Shown here: positions 26,626 through 29,677 of the stretch, piece by piece | Layout: the number at the start of each line of letters is the position of its first letter | How positions within the stretch are numbered: the first letter of the stretch is position 1 | Origin: a virus | Lineage: Duplodnaviria > Caudoviricetes | IMG/VR virus record: IMGVR_UViG_3300008450_000309 | Coordinates: 1 to 29,677 of that record | Length of the DNA stretch: 29,677 nucleotides | Reading direction: 5' to 3' (one strand) | Notes under the pieces: model-generated | What the model was told of the DNA's origin: nothing | The model's input: the letters and a program-made list of their open reading frames with translations, nothing else | Databases searched by the model: none | Translations under genes and position numbers: made by a program

Positions 26626-26802
26626 ATGGAAAACAAAATCTCTCTCTCCACTCTCATCGAATGCAAGATGCTGCTGACCGCCAAGAAGGAAAACTTGGAA
26701 ACCCTCATGGCGCAACCCTTGCAAGATGGGGCGCGTGACTTCGTCGCTTACCGCTTGCGCGAAGTGGCAGAAGCCTTGGCAGAAGTCGAAGCTGCATTTT
26801 AA
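26626..26802 (+). CDS. Small early-type helical-hairpin protein (58 aa, MENKISLSTLIECK...VEAAF)
   Basis: Below the track cutoff and translated by hand. Fills the space between two promoters. Confidence 0.8.
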   Translation: MENKISLSTLIECKMLLTAKKENLETLMAQPLQDGARDFVAYRLREVAEALAEVEAAF

Positions 26803-26815
26803 CGAAAAAAAACCC

Positions 26816-26843
26816 TTGCACGTTTAACCTTTTCCCCTATACT
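26816..26843 (+). promoter_or_regulatory. Early-type promoter TTGCAC-N16-TATACT (duplicate)
   Basis: Identical to the 26592 copy; ATG 6 nt after the -10. Confidence 0.85.
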
Positions 26844-26849
26844 CTCAAC

Positions 26850-26972
26850 ATGGAAACGATCCCTGCCCCCCTTCTTGAAATGGCCGAAAAACTTTGGCCC
26901 GTGCGCTTCTTCCCAAGCCGTGAGGCATGGCTTGCCTACGTTCACAAGTGGCTCCCTAAAATCACAAAATAA
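26850..26972 (+). CDS. Small early-type Trp/Pro-rich peptide (40 aa, METIPAPLLEMAEKLWPVRFFPSREAWLAYVHKWLPKITK)
   Basis: Hand-translated; has its own promoter and its stop abuts the next promoter. Confidence 0.75.
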   Translation: METIPAPLLEMAEKLWPVRFFPSREAWLAYVHKWLPKITK

Positions 26973-26975
26973 TTC

Positions 26976-27003
26976 TTGCGTTTCTCTCTCATCTCTCTAC
27001 TAT
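26976..27003 (+). promoter_or_regulatory. Early-type promoter TTGCGT-N16-TACTAT
   Basis: ATG 6 nt after the -10. Confidence 0.75.
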
Positions 27004-27009
27004 ATCCCT

Positions 27010-27171
27010 ATGGAAAAACAAACGAAAACAGTAGTCATCGGCCATCGCCTTGCCAACACTCGTCACGAATACTGGACTTTGAATCTTGTGCTCGATGGCA
27101 AAATCGTTAACACACACACAAGCAAGAGCAAAAGCTACATCTACAACATCGCAAGCGATTGGACAAAATAA
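27010..27171 (+). CDS. Small early-type protein (53 aa, MEKQTKTVVIG...)
   Basis: Start reassigned from the track ORF 26875 using promoter geometry. Confidence 0.75.
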   Translation: MEKQTKTVVIGHRLANTRHEYWTLNLVLDGKIVNTHTSKSKSYIYNIASDWTK

Positions 27172-27174
27172 CTC

Positions 27175-27202
27175 TTGCGCTCACCTTCAATCTCTTTACT
27201 AT
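27175..27202 (+). promoter_or_regulatory. Early-type promoter TTGCGC-N16-TACTAT
   Basis: ATG 9 nt after the -10. Confidence 0.75.
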
Positions 27203-27211
27203 ACCACTACC

Positions 27212-27430
27212 ATGCAATACAGAACTGAAATAGACCGCACAGAAGAAGGCAACCGCCTTTATCACTTTGTCACCCTTGCCAACGGCAAAGAAGTCGAGTG
27301 CGACTTCTCGCCCTACGCAACAATGACGGCGCAAGATGTAGAGACTTGGGTTTCTCTTGGATGCCCTGAGCGTGTAGGCGTTGCGCCCCTTAACTCTGCC
27401 ACGCTTGCCAAGCTTGCCGCCAATCGCTAA
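27212..27430 (+). CDS. Small early-type protein (72 aa, MQYRTEIDR...)
   Basis: Start reassigned from the track ORF 27086. Confidence 0.75.
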   Translation: MQYRTEIDRTEEGNRLYHFVTLANGKEVECDFSPYATMTAQDVETWVSLGCPERVGVAPLNSATLAKLAANR

Positions 27431-27431
27431 C

Positions 27432-27445
27432 CACACACACACACA
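27432..27445 (+). repeat. (CA)7 microsatellite occupying the ribosome-binding position
   Basis: CCACACACACACACACC is the entire intergenic spacer before ATG 27448. Confidence 0.9.
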
Positions 27446-27447
27446 CC

Positions 27448-27600
27448 ATGCAATTCACACCTACTGCCGAAGAGATGCACGCCCTAGCCAGCGAATACAA
27501 CGAACACTTGGATGCCCTACGAGAAGAAGCTATCCAAGCGCAGGAAACAGACGAGCAGTGGCTACAGCGATGGACTAGGGATGAGCGCGACTTGCTCTAG
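27448..27600 (+). CDS. Small acidic protein (50 aa), paralog of 29118..29462
   Basis: MQFTPTAEEMHALASEYNEHLDALREEAIQAQETDEQWLQRWTRDERDLL aligns without gaps to MQFSITAEDMHAAAAEMNEIYDAQREEARDAQEADHDW. Confidence 0.8.
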   Translation: MQFTPTAEEMHALASEYNEHLDALREEAIQAQETDEQWLQRWTRDERDLL

Positions 27601-27691
27601 GGGGTTTCCCTAGGGGGATAGGTGAGGCTCCTAGGAGGTTTACCTACCCCAAGGGCCTTGGCCTAGGTATCTTCCCTAAGCTCCACACCTA
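27598..27691. repeat. TAGG-N7-CCTA box array, cluster 1 (5 boxes)
   Basis: Boxes at 27598-27612, 27619-27633, 27632-27646, 27664-27678 and 27677-27691 (last one TAAG). The central spacer contains CCAAG-GGC-CTTGG. Confidence 0.85.
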
Positions 27692-27719
27692 AGAACATGC
27701 GAGAGAGTTTTTCGCGCCT

Positions 27720-27766
27720 TGTCAACGAAAAAGAAAAAAATCTTTTCTAAGAACCTGGCACGCTAA
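27720..27766. repeat. 47-bp dispersed repeat, copy 2
   Basis: See 26250-26296. Confidence 0.8.
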
Positions 27767-27808
27767 TTTTTCCCCTGTTTCGCCCTATAAAAAAGAATAA
27801 AAAAGAGT

Positions 27809-27836
27809 TTGCGCCTTTGGTTGCTTGTGGTATCTT
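27809..27836 (+). promoter_or_regulatory. Early-type promoter TTGCGC-N16-TATCTT with TGn extension and A-tract UP element
   Basis: ATG 5 nt after the -10. The upstream AAAAAAGAATAAAAA is shared with the 29052 promoter. Confidence 0.8.
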
Positions 27837-27841
27837 TAGAC

Positions 27842-28120
27842 ATGCAAAAGAAAATGCTCTCCAACGAACAAGTCCTCGCCATCCTCAACAACGCGCCTGC
27901 CAAGCGCACGCAGGACCACAGCACAACGCCAGACGTTCTTGATTCTGTGCTCGCTTCCCTTCGCACCGTGAACTATGAAACCGAACACGGCGTTCAAAGC
28001 TTCGAAGTGGAAAGCTTCAAGGGTATTCGCATCAGCAAGAAAACAGGAAAAGAAATCGCAACCTTTGTCATCAAGGGCGGCGAATATCGCAGCCTTTTCA
28101 CAGCACAGATTCAATTTTAA
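27842..28120 (+). CDS. Small early-type protein (92 aa), possibly with an SH3/WYL-like beta-barrel C-terminus
   Basis: Start set by promoter geometry. RTVNYETEHG...GGEYRSLF..QI loosely resembles WYL-type endings (weak). Confidence 0.75.
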   Translation: MQKKMLSNEQVLAILNNAPAKRTQDHSTTPDVLDSVLASLRTVNYETEHGVQSFEVESFKGIRISKKTGKEIATFVIKGGEYRSLFTAQIQF

Positions 28121-28121
28121 T

Positions 28122-28149
28122 TTGCCAAGCCAGAAAAACCCGCTATCTT
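28122..28149 (+). promoter_or_regulatory. Early-type promoter TTGCCA-N16-TATCTT
   Basis: ATG 8 nt after the -10. Confidence 0.7.
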
Positions 28150-28157
28150 CCAACGCT

Positions 28158-28283
28158 ATGAAATACATCCTTCCTCCCTTCCTGTTCTTGCTGTTTGCCG
28201 CTCCGTTTTTCATCACTGACCCGATCACCGCTCAACTGCTCACGTTTATTCTTGTGTTTTTGGTTTCTGCCACTGCTGTGTAA
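28158..28283 (+). CDS. 41-aa two-TM membrane peptide (MKYILPPFLFLLFAAPFFITDPITAQLLTFILVFLVSATAV)
   Basis: Almost entirely hydrophobic with a TDP turn; ends 2 nt before the lysozyme start. Confidence 0.7.
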   Translation: MKYILPPFLFLLFAAPFFITDPITAQLLTFILVFLVSATAV

Positions 28284-28285
28284 AT

Positions 28286-28882
28286 ATGAAAAAGCTTTTT
28301 CTGCTCTTTAATCTTTGCTTCATTGCTTACGAACTTCACTTGCTAGTTCAAATCAAAGAGAAGCGCGAAAGACCCGTTGAACCGCAAATCCCGCCTGTTC
28401 ACTTCTTGAAACCCGCGCCTTTCTTGGAACGCTCCCAAGATGAACAAGCAAACGCTTTGCTTCTTCACTTGATCAAAGAGAAAGAGGGCTTTTCTGCCAA
28501 GCCTTATCTTTGCCCCGCTGGAAAACTGACCATCGGCTATGGCTTCACAGCTTCCAAGTATATCAGGCGCAAAACCATAACAGAAAAAGAAGCAAGCCGC
28601 ATCCTGCGCGAAGAAATAATTCCTTTCTATGCCGCGAAGGTGGATGAGATTGTGAAAGTGCCGCTTTCAGCTTTTCAACGTGCTGCCTTGATTTCTTTCT
28701 GCTATAATTGCGGCGAAGAAAACCTTTCGCGCCTAGTGAATGGAAGAGGACGCTTGAACAGCGGCGATTATAGTTCAACGCCCCGCATCATGCAACGCTA
28801 CACGAAAGCAAGCGGAAAAACCTTGCAAGGCTTAGTTTCCCGCCGCGAAGAAGAGGCAAAACTTTTCCTAGGTTGCCTATAA
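28286..28882 (+). CDS. GH24 (T4/P1-like) lysozyme with an N-terminal hydrophobic anchor (198 aa)
   Basis: LIKEKEGFSAKPYLCPAGKLTIGYG (E67-x8-C76-x5-T82), ALISFCYNCG, GKTLQGLVSRREEEAKLF. Confidence 0.92.
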   Translation: MKKLFLLFNLCFIAYELHLLVQIKEKRERPVEPQIPPVHFLKPAPFLERSQDEQANALLLHLIKEKEGFSAKPYLCPAGKLTIGYGFTASKYIRRKTITEKEASRILREEIIPFYAAKVDEIVKVPLSAFQRAALISFCYNCGEENLSRLVNGRGRLNSGDYSSTPRIMQRYTKASGKTLQGLVSRREEEAKLFLGCL

Positions 28883-28889
28883 GAATGCT

Positions 28890-28936
28890 TAGGGAGTTTA
28901 CCTACGCCAGGGGCCCTGGGCTAGGTAAAACACTTA
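28890..28936. repeat. TAGG-N7-CCTA box pair, cluster 2
   Basis: TAGG-GAGTTTA-CCTA / CG-CCAGG-GGC-CCTGG-GC / TAGG-TAAAACA-CTTA, starting 7 nt after the lysozyme stop. Confidence 0.85.
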
Positions 28937-29051
28937 GGAGGTTTTCGAGCGAATTCGAGAGTTTTGCCCATTTTTTATTAGATAAATGCCTATTTGATAT
29001 TTGTTGCATCCGAGTTTCGAATTGCCCCCCTAAAAAAAGAATAAAAATGAT

Positions 29052-29079
29052 TTGCGCGTTTTCTTTTTTCTGTTATTCT
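29052..29079 (+). promoter_or_regulatory. Early-type promoter TTGCGC-N16-TATTCT with TGn extension and UP element
   Basis: Same geometry as the other seven; here 38 nt separate the -10 from the ATG. Confidence 0.8.
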
Positions 29080-29117
29080 ATGCGCGTAGTCAGTTAACCT
29101 CTAATCCATCCTCTCTT

Positions 29118-29462
29118 ATGCAATTCTCTATCACCGCCGAAGACATGCACGCCGCCGCCGCCGAAATGAACGAAATCTACGATGCCCAGCGCGAGGAAGC
29201 GCGGGACGCGCAGGAAGCCGATCACGATTGGGCCACCCGCCCACACCCTCTTTTTGAGGGCGACGATATGAGCGAGTTTGACGACGATCAAACTCCCGCC
29301 GAGGACGGCGAACCCCGCTGCCATGATATGAGCGACGATGCCGAAGCTCTCGCGAGCGCGGGTTATGGCACCGACGAAGATTATGGCGGTTCGCTTGGGG
29401 GCGAGGACAGCTATCTCGACAGCTACTATGAGAGCCAGACCGAATGCGACTTCGGTGAATAA
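29118..29462 (+). CDS. Very acidic protein (114 aa), DNA-mimic candidate
   Basis: Start at MQFSITAED. By hand count about 35 D/E, 4 R and 0 K. Contains DAEALASAGYGTDEDYG. Confidence 0.85.
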   Translation: MQFSITAEDMHAAAAEMNEIYDAQREEARDAQEADHDWATRPHPLFEGDDMSEFDDDQTPAEDGEPRCHDMSDDAEALASAGYGTDEDYGGSLGGEDSYLDSYYESQTECDFGE

Positions 29463-29470
29463 CCTACGGG

Positions 29471-29492
29471 GGCGGCGAAAGCCGCCTTTTTT
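29471..29492 (+). terminator. Rho-independent terminator
   Basis: GGCGGC-GAAA-GCCGCC-TTTTTT, 8 nt after the stop. Confidence 0.92.
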
Positions 29493-29504
29493 ATGCCTTT
29501 CGAC

Positions 29505-29551
29505 TAGGGAGTTTACCTATGCCAGGCGGCCTGGCCTAGGTATCTTACCTA
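29505..29551. repeat. TAGG-N7-CCTA box pair, cluster 3
   Basis: TAGG-GAGTTTA-CCTA / TG-CCAGG-CGG-CCTGG-CC / TAGG-TATCTTA-CCTA, with degenerate boxes at 29492-29506 and 29560-29574. Confidence 0.85.
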
Positions 29552-29580
29552 TGCAAATATGGGGGTTTTTCCTATGTTCG

Positions 29581-29676
29581 TCTATTTGTTTAGGGGGCGT
29601 TTAGTATTTAGTATTAACACGTTTAGAGTTTAGATTTTTATCTTTTTCTATTTGACGAGGGCGCGTTTAGTGTTAA
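29581..29676. repeat. GTTTAG-rich tract with a 30-bp imperfect direct repeat
   Basis: 29581-29610 vs 29647-29676 match at 24/30. GTTTAG occurs at 29588, 29599, 29621, 29628 and 29665. Confidence 0.7.
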
Positions 29677-29677
29677 G

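Noticed and set aside
26286-27766. Sigma54 promoters (TGGCACG at 26286 and 27756)
   Set aside because: The -12 TTGC is absent (followed by CTAAAAAAT and CTAATTTTT).
27598-29551. CRISPR array or mini-array
   Set aside because: The repeats are 0.6-1.3 kb apart with genes between them, are degenerate, and lack regular 25-45-nt spacers. No cas genes are present.
25777-29604. Minus-strand and extended-start ORFs in the early region (e.g. 25959..26291, 26308..26724, 27836..28228, 28873..29097, 29338..29604)
   Set aside because: They overlap better-supported promoter-linked + strand genes or run through repeat DNA. The shared REFTYARxPGLG peptide in two of them is just the translated box element.
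1-29677. Alternative genetic code or stop-codon recoding suggested by the apparent 6.5-kb ORF gap
   Set aside because: The gap is a single code-11 ORF running off the edge. TAA, TAG and TGA all end genes at sensible boundaries.
26012-29677. tRNA or other known structured RNA genes
   Set aside because: I found no cloverleaf with a T-loop (GTTCRA) and acceptor stem by eye. An Infernal/tRNAscan run would be needed to exclude them formally.

Overview
A 29.7-kb piece of a large tailed dsDNA phage genome, probably a long-tailed siphovirus; the host cannot be assigned from the sequence alone. Bases 1-26011 hold the morphogenesis and packaging region: a >2182-aa tape-measure protein that runs off the left edge and is missing from the ORF track, chaperone-like genes, an inverted neck/tail-tube block, major capsid, decoration protein, protease-scaffold, portal, TerL, a Zn-finger/ERCC4 nuclease, a probable TerS, a phage sigma factor, PhoH, a tube-like paralog and a deaminase. 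A recurrent (G/C)TGTAA late-promoter-like motif precedes most of these units. Bases 26012-29677 form a compositionally distinct early-type region of tiny genes, nearly all with their own TTGC-N16-TAnnnT promoter and essentially no leader, plus a membrane-anchored lysozyme and two acidic paralogs. Two candidates stand out as undescribed systems. (1) Three clusters of 15-bp TAGG-N7-CCTA boxes, whose core pair is always separated by a 17-bp covarying palindrome, punctuate the early gene modules. (2) A PD-(D/E)XK-nuclease-like cargo domain is bracketed by repeated AxG[FY]IPNF motifs inside the tape-measure protein. All family calls come from motifs and synteny read by eye; no searches were run.
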